Below, in pieces: positions 11,217-25,800 of a stretch of DNA of 64,000 bases. The DNA comes from the human T2T-CHM13v2.0 reference genome, Homo sapiens, in the NCBI RefSeq assembly GCF_009914755.1, contig NC_060930.1; one strand, written 5' to 3'. The notes below the pieces were generated by a model, which saw only the letters and a list, made by a program, of their open reading frames with translations, did no database searches and was not told the DNA's origin. The number at the start of each line of letters is the position of its first letter. The stretch's first letter is position 1. A program made the translations under genes and the position numbers.

Positions 11217-14200
11217 CCTCTTGAGAGAGCAGTTTGGAAACACTCTTTCTGTAGAATCAGCTTGTTTGTATTTGGACCTCCTTGAGGCCTTCGTTGGAAA
11301 CGGGTTTTCATCTTATAAACCCAGACAGAAGAATTCTCAGAGTCTTCTTTGTGATGTGTGCTTTCAACTCACCGAGATAAAGATTTCTCTTGATAGAGCA
11401 ATTTGGAAACACTCTTTTTGTAGAATTTGCAAGGGTACATTGAGAGCGCTTTCAGGCCTATGGTAGAAAAGGGAATATCTTTCCATAAAAGGTAGACAGA
11501 AGCAATCTCAGAAACTACTTTGTGATGTGTGCATTCAACTCACCGAGTGCAACGTTCCTCTTGACCGAGCAGTTTGGAAACATTGTTTCTGTAGAATCTG
11601 CAAGTGGATATTTGGACCTCTTTGAGGCCTTCGTTGGAAACGGGCTTTCTTCCTATAAACCCAGACAGAAGAATTCTCAGAGACTTCTTTGTGATGTGTG
11701 AATTCAACTCACAGTGTGGATCCTTCCTTTTGATAGAGCAGTTTTGAAACCCTGTTTTTGTAGTATTTCCAAGCGGATATTTGGAACGCCTTGAAGCGTA
11801 TGGTAGAAAAGGAAATATCTTCCCATAAAACCTAGACAGAACCAATCTCAGAAACGACTTTGTGATGTCTGCATTCAAGTCACAGAGTTGAACATTTCTC
11901 TTGATAGAGCAGTTTTGAAACCCTCTTTCTGAAGGATCTGCAAGTGGATATTTGGAACTCCTTTGGGTCTTCGTTGGAAACGGGATTTCTTCGTATAAAT
12001 CTAGACAGAAGAATTCTCCGAAACTTCTTTGGTTGTGTGCATTCAAGTCACAGAGTGGAACCTTCCTTTGGATAGAGCAGTTTGAAACGCCGTGGTTGTA
12101 GTATTTCCAAGCGGATATTAGAGCGCCTTGAGGCCTATGGTAGAAAAGGAAATATCTTCCCATAAAACCTAGACGGAAGCAATCTCAGAAACTACTGTGT
12201 GATGGCTGCATTCCACACACACGGTGGAACATTTCTCTTGATAGAGCAGTTTTGAAACACTCTTTCTGTAGAATCTGCAAGTGGATAATTGGACCGCCTT
12301 GAGGCCTTCGTTGGAAACGGGATTTCTTCATGTTACTCTAGATAGAAGAATTCTCAAACACTGCTATGTGATGTTTGCATTCAAGTCACAGAGTGCAACA
12401 TTCCTCTTGGTAGAGCAGTTGGGAAACACTCCTTTTGTAGAATCTGCAATGGGATATTTGGACTTCTTTGAGGCCTTCGTTGGAAACGGGATTTCTTCGT
12501 ATGAATCTAGACAGAAGAATTCTCAGAAACTTCCTTGTGATGTGTGCATTCAACTCAGCGAGTGGCACCTTCCTTTGGATACAGCAGTTTTGAAACACTG
12601 TTTTTGTAGTATTTCCAAGCGGATATTTAGAGCGCCTTGAAGCCTATGCTAGAAATGGAAATATCTCCCCATAAAACCAAGACAGAAGCAATCTCAGAAA
12701 CTAATGTGTGATGGCTGCATTCCACACACACGGTGGACCATTTCTCTTGATAGAGCAGTTTTGAAACACTCTTTCTGTAGAATCTGCAAGTGGATAATTG
12801 GACCTCCTAGAGGCCTTCGTTGGAAACGGGATTTCTTCATCTAAACCTACAGAGAAGAATTCTCAGTAACTTCTTCGGATGTGTGCATTCGACGCACAGA
12901 ATGGAACATTCCCTTTGATAGAGCAGTTTTGAGACACCGTTTTTGTAGAATTCCCAAGTGGATATTTAGAGCACTTTGAAGTCTCTGCTAGAAAAGGAAA
13001 CATCTTCATGTAAAAAGTAGATAGAATCGTTCTCAGAAAGTGCTTAGTGACGTGTGCGTTCAACTCACAGAGTTTAACGTTTCTTTTGATAGAGCGTTTC
13101 TGAAACACCCTTCTTGTAGTAGCTGCAAGTGGATATTTGGACCTATTGGAGGCCTTCTTTGGAAACGGGATTTCTTCATGTAACTCTAGATTGAAGAATT
13201 CTCAGAAACTCCTTTGTGATGTGTGCATTCAATTCAAAGAGTGAAACCTCCCTTTTCACAGAGCAGTTTTGAAACACTGTTTTTGTAGGATTTCCAAGGG
13301 GATATTTATAGCGCATTGAGCCTACGGCGGAAAAAGAAACATCTTCCTATAAAAACTAGACAGAATACTTCTCAGAATCTGCTTTGCGATGTGTGCGTTC
13401 AACTCACAGAGTAAAACTTTTCTTTTGATAGAGCAGTTTTGAAACACTCTTTTTGTAGTATTTGCATGTGTATATTTAGAGCGCATTGAAGCCCACAGTA
13501 GAAAAGGAAATAACTTCACCTAAAACCTAGACAGAAGCAATCTCAGAAACTACTTTGTGATGTGTACATTCAACTCACAGAGTGGAACTTTCCTCTTTAT
13601 AGAGCAGTGTTGAAACACTCTTTTTGTAGAAACTGCAAGTGGATATTTGGACCTCTTTGAGGCCTTCGTTGGAAACGGGATTTCTTCCTATAACCCTAGA
13701 CAGAAGAATTTTCAGAAACCTCATTGTGATGTGTGCGTTCATCTCACAGAGTGGAGTCTTCCGTTTGATAGAGAAGTTTTGAAACCCTGTTCTTGTAGGA
13801 TTTCCAAGTGGATATTTAGACCACTTTGAAGCCTATGATAGAAAAGGAAACATCTTCATGGAAAACATAGATAGAATCATTCTCAGAAACAACTTTGTGA
13901 TGTGTGCGTTGAACTCACCGTCTTTAACCTTTCTTTTGGTAGAGAAGTTTTGAAACACTCTCTTTGTAAAGTCTACAAGTGGATATTTTGAGCCCTTGGA
14001 GGCATTCTTTGGAAAAGGGAATGTCTTCACATAAAAGGCAGACGGAAGTGTTCTCAGAAACTGCTTTGTGATGTCTGTGTTCAACTCACAGAGTTTAACA
14101 TTTCCTTTGATAGAGCGGTTTAGTAACCCTCTCTTTGTAGAATTTGGAAGTGTATACTAAGAGCGCTTTGAGGCCTATGGTAGAAAAGGAAATATCTTTC

Positions 14201-14273
14201 CATAAAAGCTAGACAGAAGCAATCTCAGAAACTCCTTTGTGATGTCTGCATTCAACTCACCGAGTGGAACATT
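11217..14273 (+). repeat. HOR unit 5, 18-mer
   Basis: 3057-bp spacing (11466 to 14523). Confidence 0.95.
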
Positions 14274-16824
14274 CCTCTTGATAGAGCAGTTTGGAAACAC
14301 TCTTTCTGTAGAATCAGCTTGTTTGTATTTGGACCTCCTTGAGGCCTTCGTTGGAAACGGGTTTTCATCTTATAAACCCAGACAGAAGAATTCTCAGAGT
14401 CTTCTTTGTGATGTGTGCTTTCAACTCACCGAGATAAAGATTTCTCTTGATAGAGCAATTTGGAAACACTCTTTTTGTAGAATTTGCAAGGGTACATTGA
14501 GAGCGCTTTCAGGCCTATGGTAGAAAAGGGAATATCTTTCCATAAAAGGTAGACAGAAGCAATCTCAGAAACTACTTTGTGATGTGTGCATTCAACTCAC
14601 CGAGTGCAACGTTCCTCTTGACCGAGCAGTTTGGAAACATTGTTTCTGTAGAATCTGCAAGTGGATATTTGGACCTCTTTGAGGCCTTCGTTGGAAACGG
14701 GATTTCTTCCTATAAACCCAGACAGAAGAATTCTCAGAGACTTCTTTGTGATGTGTGAATTCAACTCACAGTGTGGATCTTTCCTTTTGATAGAGCAGTT
14801 TTGAAACCCTGTTTTTGTAGTATTTCCAAGCGGATATTTGGAACGCCTTGAAGCGTATGGTAGAAAAGGAAATATCTTCCCATAAAACCTAGACAGAACC
14901 AATCTCAGAAACGACTTTGTGATGTCTGCATTCAAGTCACAGAGTTGAACATTTCTCTTGATAGAGCAGTTTTGAAACCCTCTTTCTGAAGGATCTGCAA
15001 GTGGATATTTGGAACTCCTTTGGGTCTTCGTTGGAAACGGGATTTCTTCGTATAAATCTAGACAGAAGAATTCTCAGAAACTTCCTTGTGATGTGTGCAT
15101 TCAACTCAGCGAGTGGCACCTTCCTTTGGATACAGCAGTTTTGAAACACTGTTTTTGTAGTATTTCCAAGCGGATATTTAGAGCGCCTTGAAGCCTATGC
15201 TAGAAATGGAAATATCTCCCCATAAAACCAAGACGGAAGCAATCTCAGAAACTAATGTGTGATGGCTGCATTCCACACACACGGTGGACCATTTCTCTTG
15301 ATAGAGCAGTTTTGAAACACTCTTTCTGTAGAATCTGCAAGTGGATAATTGGACCTCCGAGAGGCCTTCGTTGGAAACGGGATTTCTTCATCTAAACCTA
15401 CAGAGAAGTATTCTCAGTAACTTCTTCGGATGTGTGCATTCGACGCACAGAATGGAACATTCCCTTTGATAGAGCAGTTTTGAGACACCGTTTTTGTAGA
15501 ATTCCCAAGTGGATATTTAGAGCACTTTGAAGTCTCTGCTAGAAAAGGAAACATCATCATGTAAAAAGTAGATAGAATCGTTCTCAGAAAGTGCTTAGTG
15601 TCGTGTGCGTTCAACTCACAGAGTTTAACGTTTCTTTTGATAGAGCGTTTCTGAAACACCCTTCTTGTAGTAGCTGCAAGTGGATATTTGGACCTATTGG
15701 AGGCCTTCTTTGGAAATGGGATTTCTTCATGTAACTCTAGATTGAAGAATTCTCAGAAACTCCTTTGTGATGTGTGCATTCAATTCAAAGAGTGAAACCT
15801 CTCTTTTCACAGAGCAGTTTTGAAACACTGTTTTTGTAGGATTTCCAAGGGGATATTTATAGCGCATTGAGCCTACGGCGGAAAAAGAAACATCTTCCTA
15901 TAAAAACTAGACAGAATACTTCTCAGAATCTGCTTTGCGATGTGTGCGTTCAACTCACAGAGTAAAACTTTTCTTTTGATAGAGCAGTTTTGAAACACTC
16001 TTTTTGTAGTATTTGCATGTGTATATTTAGAGCGCATTGAAGCCCACAGTAGAAAAGGAAATAACTTCACCTAAAACCTAGACAGAAGCAATCTCAGAAA
16101 CTACTTTGTGATGTGTACATTCAACTCACAGAGTGGAACTTTCCTCTTTATAGAGCAGTGTTGAAACACTCTTTTTGTAGAAACTGCAAGTGGATATTTG
16201 GACCTCTTTGAGGCCTTCGTTGGAAACGGGATTTCTTCCTATAACCCTAGACAGAAGAATTTTCAGAAACCTCATTGTGATGTGTGCGTTCATCTCACAG
16301 AGTGGAGTCTTCCGTTTGATAGAGAAGTTTTGAAACCCTGTTCTTGTAGGATTTCCAAGTGGATATTTAGACCACTTTGAAGCCTATGATAGAAAAGGAA
16401 ACATCTTCATGGAAAACATAGATAGAATCATCCTCAGAAACAACTTTGTGATGTGTGCGTTGAACTCACCGTCTTTAACCTTTCTTTTGGTAGAGAAGTT
16501 TTGAAACACTCTCTTTGTAAAGTCTACAAGTGGATATTTTGAGCCCTTGGAGGCATTCTTTGGAAAAGGGAATGTCTTCACATAAAAGGCAGACGGAAGT
16601 GTTCTCAGAAACTGCTTTGTGATGTCTGTGTTCAACTCACAGAGTTTAACATTTCCTTTGATAGAGCGGTTTAGTAACCCTCTCTTTGTAGAATTTGGAA
16701 GTGTATACTAAGAGCGCTTTGAGGCCTATGGTAGAAAAGGAAATATCTTTCCATAAAAGCTAGACAGAAGCAATCTCAGAAACTCCTTTGTGATGTCTGC
16801 ATTCAACTCACCGAGTGGAACATT
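14274..16824 (+). repeat. HOR unit 6, 15-mer (BamHI site lost)
   Basis: 2551-bp spacing; ggatct at 14775-14780. Confidence 0.95.
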
Positions 16825-19800
16825 CCTCTTGAGAGAGCAGTTTGGAAACACTCTTTCTGTAGAATCAGCTTGTTTGTATTTGGACCTCCTTGAGGCCTTC
16901 GTTGGAAACGGGTTTTCATCTTATAAACCCAGACAGAAGAATTCTCAGAGTCTTCTTTGTGATGTGTGCTTTCAACTCACCGAGATAAAGATTTCTCTTG
17001 ATAGAGCAATTTGGAAACACTCTTTTTGTAGAATTTGCAAGGGTACATTGAGAGCGCTTTCAGGCCTATGGTAGAAAAGGGAATATCTTTCCATAAAAGG
17101 TAGACAGAAGCAATCTCAGAAACTACTTTGTGATGTGTGCATTCAACTCACCGAGTGCAACGTTCCTCTTGACCGAGCAGTTTGGAAACATTGTTTCTGT
17201 AGAATCTGCAAGTGGATATTTGGACCTCTTTGAGGCCTTCGTTGGAAACGGGATTTCTTCCTATAAACCCAGACAGAAGAATTCTCAGAGACTTCTTTGT
17301 GATGTGTGAATTCAACTCACAGTGTGGATCCTTCCTTTTGATAGAGCAGTTTTGAAACCCTGTTTTTGTAGTATTTCCAAGCGGATATTTGGAACGCCTT
17401 GAAGCGTATGGTAGAAAAGGAAATATCTTCCCATAAAACCTAGACAGAACCAATCTCAGAAACGACTTTGTGATGTCTGCATTCAACTCACAGAGTTGAA
17501 CATTTCTCTTGATAGAGCAGTTTTGAAACCCTCTTTCTGAAGGATCTGCAAGTGGATATTTGGAACTCCTTTGGGTCTTCGTTGGAAACGGGATTTCTTC
17601 GTATAAATCTAGACAGAAGAATTCTCCGAAACTTCTTTGGTTGTGTGCATTCAAGTCACAGAGTGGAACCTTCCTTTGGATAGAGCAGTTTGAAACGCCG
17701 TGGTTGTAGTATTTCCAAGCGGATATTAGAGCGCCTTGAGGCCTATGGTAGAAAAGGAAATATCTTCCCATAAAACCTAGACGGAAGCAATCTCAGAAAC
17801 TACTGTGTGATGGCTGCATTCCACACACACGGTGGAACATTTCTCTTGATAGAGCAGTTTTGAAACACTCTTTCTGTAGAATCTGCAAGTGGATAATTGG
17901 ACCGCCTTGAGGCCTTCGTTGGAAACGGGATTTCTTCATGTTACTCTAGATAGAAGAATTCTCAAACACTGCTATGTGATGTTTGCATTCAAGTCACAGA
18001 GTGCAACATTCCTCTTGGTAGAGCAGTTGGGAAACACTCCTTTTGTAGAATCTGCAATGGGATATTTGGACTTCTTTGAGGCCTTCGTTGGAAACGGGAT
18101 TTCTTCGTATGAATCTAGACAGAAGAATTCTCAGAAACTTCCTTGTGATGTGTGCATTCAACTCAGCGAGTGGCACCTTCCTTTGGATACAGCAGTTTTG
18201 AAACACTGTTTTTGTAGTATTTCCAAGCGGATATTTAGAGCGCCTTGAAGCCTATGCTAGAAATGGAAATATCTCCCCATAAAACCAAGACAGAAGCAAT
18301 CTCAGAAACTAATGTGTGATGGCTGCATTCCACACACACGGTGGACCATTTCTCTTGATAGAGCAGTTTTGAAACACTCTTTCTGTAGAATCTGCAAGTG
18401 GATAATTGGACCTCCTAGAGGCCTTCGTTGGAAACGGGATTTCTTCATCTAAACCTACAGAGAAGAATTCTCAGTAACTTCTTCGGATGTGTGCATTCGA
18501 CGCACAGAATGGAACATTCCCTTTGATAGAGCAGTTTTGAGACACCGTTTTTGTAGAATTCCCAAGTGGATATTTAGAGCACTTTGAAGTCTCTGCTAGA
18601 AAAGGAAACATCTTCATGTAAAAAGTAGATAGAATCGTTCTCAGAAAGTGCTTAGTGACGTGTGCGTTCAACTCACAGAGTTTAACGTTTCTTTTGATAG
18701 AGCGTTTCTGAAACACCCTTCTTGTAGTAGCTGCAAGTGGATATTTGGACCTATTGGAGGCCTTCTTTGGAAATGGGATTTCTTCATGTAACTCTAGATT
18801 GAAGAGTTCTCAGAAACTCCTTTGTGATGTGTGCATTCAATTCAAAGAGTGAAACCTCCCTTTTCACAGAGCAGTTTTGAAACACTGTTTTTGTAGGATT
18901 TCCAAGGGGATATTTATAGCGCATTGAGCCTACGGCGGAAAAAGAAACATCTTCCTATAAAAACTAGACAGAATACTTCTCAGAATCTGCTTTGCGATGT
19001 GTGCGTTCAACTCACAGAGTAAAACTTTTCTTTTGATAGAGCAGTTTTGAAACACTCTTTTTGTAGTATTTGCATGTGTATATTTAGAGCGCATTGAAGC
19101 CCACAGTAGAAAAGGAAATAACTTCACCTAAAACCTAGACAGAAGCAATCTCAGAAACTACTTTGTGATGTGTACATTCAACTCACAGAGTGGAACTTTC
19201 CTCTTTATAGAGCAGTGTTGAAACACTCTTTTTGTAGAAACTGCAAGTGGATATTTGGACCTCTTTGAGGCCTTCGTTGGAAACGGGATTTCTTCCTATA
19301 ACCCTAGACAGAAGAATTTTCAGAAACCTCATTGTGATGTGTGCGTTCATCTCACAGAGTGGAGTCTTCCGTTTGATAGAGAAGTTTTGAAACCCTGTTC
19401 TTGTAGGATTTCCAAGTGGATATTTAGACCACTTTGAAGCCTATGATAGAAAAGGAAACATCTTCATGGAAAACATAGATAGAATCATCCTCAGAAACAA
19501 CTTTGTGATGTGTGCGTTGAACTCACCGTCTTTAACCTTTCTTTTGGTAGAGAAGTTTTGAAACACTCTCTTTGTAAAGTCTACAAGTGGATATTTTGAG
19601 CCCTTGGAGGCATTCTTTGGAAAAGGGAATGTCTTCACATAAAAGGCAGACGGAAGTGTTCTCAGAAACTGCTTTGTGATGTCTGTGTTCAACTCACAGA
19701 GTTTAACATTTCCTTTGATAGAGCGGTTTAGTAACCCTCTCTTTGTAGAATTTGGAAGTGTATACTAAGAGCGCTTTGAGGCCTATGGTAGAAAAGGAAA

Positions 19801-22800
19801 TATCTTTCCATAAAAGCTAGACAGAAGCAATCTCAGAAACTCCTTTGCGATGTCTGCATTCAACTCACCGAGTGGAACATTCCTCTTGAGAGAGCAGTTT
19901 GGAAACACTCTTTCTGTAGAATCAGCTTGTTTGTATTTGGACCTCCTTGAGGCCTTCGTTGGAAACGGGTTTTCATCTTATAAACCCAGACAGAAGAATT
20001 CTCAGAGTCTTCTTTGTGATGTGTGCTTTCAACTCACCGAGATAAAGATTTCTCTTGATAGAGCAATTTGGAAACACTCTTTTTGTAGAATTTGCAAGGG
20101 TACATTGAGAGCGCTTTCAGGCCTATGGTAGAAAAGGGAATATCTTTCCATAAAAGGTAGACAGAAGCAATCTCAGAAACTACTTTGTGATGTGTGCATT
20201 CAACTCACCGAGTGCAACGTTCCTCTTGACCGAGCAGTTTGGAAACATTGTTTCTGTAGAATCTGCAAGTGGATATTTGGACCTCTTTGAGGCCTTCGTT
20301 GGAAACGGGATTTCTTCCTATAAACCCAGACAGAAGAATTCTCAGAGACTTCTTTGTGATGTGTGAATTCAACTCACAGTGTGGATCCTTCCTTTTGATA
20401 GAGCAGTTTTCAAACCCTGTTTTTGTAGTATTTCCAAGCGGATATTCGGAACGCCTTGAAGCGTATGGTAGAAAAGGAAATATCTTCCCATAAAACCTAG
20501 ACAGAACCAATCTCAGAAACGACTTTGTGATGTCTGCATTCAAGTCACAGAGTTGAACATTTCTCTTGATAGAGCAGTTTTGAAACCCTCTTTCTGAAGG
20601 ATCTGCAAGTGGATATTTGGAACTCCTTTGGGTCTTCGTTGGAAACGGGATTTCTTCGTATAAATCTAGACAGAAGAATTCTCCGAAACTTCTTTGGTTG
20701 TGTGCATTCAAGTCACAGAGTGGAACCTTCCTTTGGATAGAGCAGTTTGAAACGCCGTGGTTGTAGTATTTCCAAGCGGATATTAGAGCGCCTTGAGGCC
20801 TATGGTAGAAAAGGAAATATCTTCCCATAAAACCTAGACGGAAGCAATCTCAGAAACTACTGTGTGATGGCTGCATTCCACACACACGGTGGAACATTTC
20901 TCTTGATAGAGCAGTTTTGAAACACTCTTTCTGTAGAATCTGCAAGTGGATAATTGGACCGCCTTGAGGCCTTCGTTGGAAACGGGATTTCTTCATGTTA
21001 CTCTAGATAGAAGAATTCTCAAACACTGCTATGTGATGTTTGCATTCAAGTCACAGAGTGCAACATTCCTCTTGGTAGAGCAGTTGGGAAACACTCCTTT
21101 TGTAGAATCTGCAATGGGATATTTGGACTTCTTTGAGGCCTTCGTTGGAAACGGGATTTCTTCGTATGAATCTAGACAGAAGAATTCTCAGAAACTTCCT
21201 TGTGATGTGTGCATTCAACTCAGCGAGTGGCACCTTCCTTTGGATACAGCAGTTTTGAAACACTGTTTTTGTAGTATTTCCAAGCGGATATTTAGAGCGC
21301 CTTGAAGCCTATGCTAGAAATGGAAATATCTCCCCATAAAACCAAGACAGAAGCAATCTCAGAAACTAATGTGTGATGGCTGCATTCCACACACACGGTG
21401 GACCATTTCTCTTGATAGAGCAGTTTTGAAACACTCTTTCTGTAGAATCTGCAAGTGGATAATTGGACCTCCTAGAGGCCTTCGTTGGAAACGGGATTTC
21501 TTCATCTAAACCTACAGAGAAGAATTCTCAGTAACTTCTTCGGATGTGTGCATTCGACGCACAGAATGGAACATTCCCTTTGATAGAGCAGTTTTGAGAC
21601 ACCGTTTTTGTAGAATTCCCAAGTGGATATTTAGAGCACTTTGAAGTCTCTGCTAGAAAAGGAAACATCTTCATGTAAAAAGTAGATAGAATCGTTCTCA
21701 GAAAGTGCTTAGTGACGTGTGCGTTCAACTCACAGAGTTTAACGTTTCTTTTGATAGAGCGTTTCTGAAACACCCTTCTTGTAGTAGCTGCAAGTGGATA
21801 TTTGGACCTATTGGAGGCCTTCTTTGGAAATGGGATTTCTTCATGTAACTCTAGATTGAAGAGTTCTCAGAAACTCCTTTGTGATGTGTGCATTCAATTC
21901 AAAGAGTGAAACCTCCCTTTTCACAGAGCAGTTTTGAAACACTGTTTTTGTAGGATTTCCAAGGGGATATTTATAGCGCATTGAGCCTACGGCGGAAAAA
22001 GAAACATCTTCCTATAAAAACTAGACAGAATACTTCTCAGAATCTGCTTTGCGATGTGTGCGTTCAACTCACAGAGTAAAACTTTTCTTTTGATAGAGCA
22101 GTTTTGAAACACTCTTTTTGTAGTATTTGCATGTGTATATTTAGAGCGCATTGAAGCCCACAGTAGAAAAGGAAATAACTTCACCTAAAACCTAGACAGA
22201 AGCAATCTCAGAAACTACTTTGTGATGTGTACATTCAACTCACAGAGTGGAACTTTCCTCTTTATAGAGCAGTGTTGAAACACTCTTTTTGTAGAAACTG
22301 CAAGTGGATATTTGGACCTCTTTGAGGCCTTCGTTGGAAACGGGATTTCTTCCTATAACCCTAGACAGAAGAATTTTCAGAAACCTCATTGTGATGTGTG
22401 CGTTCATCTCACAGAGTGGAGTCTTCCGTTTGATAGAGAAGTTTTGAAACCCTGTTCTTGTAGGATTTCCAAGTGGATATTTAGACCACTTTGAAGCCTA
22501 TGATAGAAAAGGAAACATCTTCATGGAAAACATAGATAGAATCATCCTCAGAAACAACTTTGTGATGTGTGCGTTGAACTCACCGTCTTTAACCTTTCTT
22601 TTGGTAGAGAAGTTTTGAAACACTCTCTTTGTAAAGTCTACAAGTGGATATTTTGAGCCCTTGGAGGCATTCTTTGGAAAAGGGAATGTCTTCACATAAA
22701 AGGCAGACGGAAGTGTTCTCAGAAACTGCTTTGTGATGTCTGTGTTCAACTCACAGAGTTTAACATTTCCTTTGATAGAGCGGTTTAGTAACCCTCTCTT

Positions 22801-25800
22801 TGTAGAATTTGGAAGTGTATACTAAGAGCGCTTTGAGGCCTATGGTAGAAAAGGAAATATCTTTCCATAAAAGCTAGACAGAAGCAATCTCAGAAACTCC
22901 TTTGCGATGTCTGCATTCAACTCACCGAGTGGAACATTCCTCTTGAGAGAGCAGTTTGGAAACACTCTTTCTGTAGAATCAGCTTGTTTGTATTTGGACC
23001 TCCTTGAGGCCTTCGTTGGAAACGGGTTTTCATCTTATAAACCCAGACAGAAGAATTCTCAGAGTCTTCTTTGTGATGTGTGCTTTCAACTCACCGAGAT
23101 AAAGATTTCTCTTGATAGAGCAATTTGGAAACACTCTTTTTGTAGAATTTGCAAGGGTACATTGAGAGCGCTTTCAGGCCTATGGTAGAAAAGGGAATAT
23201 CTTTCCATAAAAGGTAGACAGAAGCAATCTCAGAAACTACTTTGTGATGTGTGCATTCAACTCACCGAGTGCAACGTTCCTCTTGACCGAGCAGTTTGGA
23301 AACATTGTTTCTGTAGAATCTGCAAGTGGATATTTGGACCTCTTTGAGGCCTTCGTTGGAAACGGGATTTCTTCCTATAAACCCAGACAGAAGAATTCTC
23401 AGAGACTTCTTTGTGATGTGTGAATTCAACTCACAGTGTGGATCCTTCCTTTTGATAGAGCAGTTTTGAAACCCTGTTTTTGTAGTATTTCCAAGCGGAT
23501 ATTTGGAACGCCTTGAAGCGTATGGTAGAAAAGGAAATATCTTCCCATAAAACCTAGACAGAACCAATCTCAGAAACGACTTTGTGATGTCTGCATTCAA
23601 GTCACAGAGTTGAACATTTCTCTTGATAGAGCAGTTTTGAAACCCTCTTTCTGAAGGATCTGCAAGTGGATATTTGGAACTCCTTTGGGTCTTCGTTGGA
23701 AACGGGATTTCTTCGTATAAATCTAGACAGAAGAATTCTCCGAAACTTCTTTGGTTGTGTGCATTCAAGTCACAGAGTGGAACCTTCCTTTGGATAGAGC
23801 AGTTTGAAACGCCGTGGTTGTAGTATTTCCAAGCGGATATTAGAGCGCCTTGAGGCCTATGGTAGAAAAGGAAATATCTTCCCATAAAACCTAGACGGAA
23901 GCAATCTCAGAAACTACTGTGTGATGGCTGCATTCCACACACACGGTGGAACATTTCTCTTGATAGAGCAGTTTTGAAACACTCTTTCTGTAGAATCTGC
24001 AAGTGGATAATTGGACCGCCTTGAGGCCTTCGTTGGAAACGGGATTTCTTCATGTTACTCTAGATAGAAGAATTCTCAAACACTGCTATGTGATGTTTGC
24101 ATTCAAGTCACAGAGTGCAACATTCCTCTTGGTAGAGCAGTTGGGAAACACTCCTTTTGTAGAATCTGCAATGGGATATTTGGACTTCTTTGAGGCCTTC
24201 GTTGGAAACGGGATTTCTTCGTATGAATCTAGACAGAAGAATTCTCAGAAACTTCCTTGTGATGTGTGCATTCAACTCAGCGAGTGGCACCTTCCTTTGG
24301 ATACAGCAGTTTTGAAACACTGTTTTTGTAGTATTTCCAAGCGGATATTTAGAGCGCCTTGAAGCCTATGCTAGAAATGGAAATATCTCCCCATAAAACC
24401 AAGACAGAAGCAATCTCAGAAACTAATGTGTGATGGCTGCATTCCACACACACGGTGGACCATTTCTCTTGATAGAGCAGTTTTGAAACACTCTTTCTGT
24501 AGAATCTGCAAGTGGATAATTGGACCTCCTAGAGGCCTTCGTTGGAAACGGGATTTCTTCATCTAAACCTACAGAGAAGAATTCTCAGTAACTTCTTCGG
24601 ATGTGTGCATTCGACGCACAGAATGGAACATTCCCTTTGATAGAGCAGTTTTGAGACACCGTTTTTGTAGAATTCCCAAGTGGATATTTAGAGCACTTTG
24701 AAGTCTCTGCTAGAAAAGGAAACATCTTCATGTAAAAAGTAGATAGAATCGTTCTCAGAAAGTGCTTAGTGACGTGTGCGTTCAACTCACAGAGTTTAAC
24801 GTTTCTTTTGATAGAGCGTTTCTGAAACACCCTTCTTGTAGTAGCTGCAAGTGGATATTTGGACCTATTGGAGGCCTTCTTTGGAAACGGGATTTCTTCA
24901 TGTAACTCTAGATTGAAGAATTCTCAGAAACTCCTTTGTGATGTGTGCATTCAATTCAAAGAGTGAAACCTCCCTTTTCACAGAGCAGTTTTGAAACACT
25001 GTTTTTGTAGGATTTCCAAGGGGATATTTATAGCGCATTGAGCCTACGGTGGAAAAAGAAACATCTTCCTATAAAAACTAGACAGAATACTTCTCAGAAT
25101 CTGCTTTGCGATGTGTGCGTTCAACTCACAGAGTAAAACTTTTCTTTTGATAGAGCAGTTTTGAAACACTCTTTTTGTAGTATTTGCATGTGTATATTTA
25201 GAGCGCATTGAAGCCCACAGTAGAAAAGGAAATAACTTCACCTAAAACCTAGACAGAAGCAATCTCAGAAACTACTTTGTGATGTGTACATTCAACTCAC
25301 AGAGTGGAACTTTCCTCTTTATAGAGCAGTGTTGAAACACTCTTTTTGTAGAAACTGCAAGTGGATATTTGGACCTCTTTGAGGCCTTCGTTGGAAACGG
25401 GATTTCTTCCTATAACCCTAGACAGAAGAATTTTCAGAAACCTCATTGTGATGTGTGCGTTCATCTCACAGAGTGGAGTCTTCCGTTTGATAGAGAAGTT
25501 TTGAAACCCTGTTCTTGTAGGATTTCCAAGTGGATATTTAGACCACTTTGAAGCCTATGATAGAAAAGGAAACATCTTCATGGAAAACATAGATAGAATC
25601 ATTCTCAGAAACAACTTTGTGATGTGTGCGTTGAACTCACCGTCTTTAACCTTTCTTTTGGTAGAGAAGTTTTGAAACACTCTCTTTGTAAAGTCTACAA
25701 GTGGATATTTTGAGCCCTTGGAGGCATTCTTTGGAAAAGGGAATGTCTTCACATAAAAGGCAGACGGAAGTGTTCTCAGAAACTGCTTTGTGATGTCTGT

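Noticed and set aside
1-22938. L/S order as a designed code or a synthetic array (for example HAC construction)
   Set aside because: No linkers, vector or tetO/lacO substitutions are visible, and the mosaic SNV pattern fits natural array turnover.
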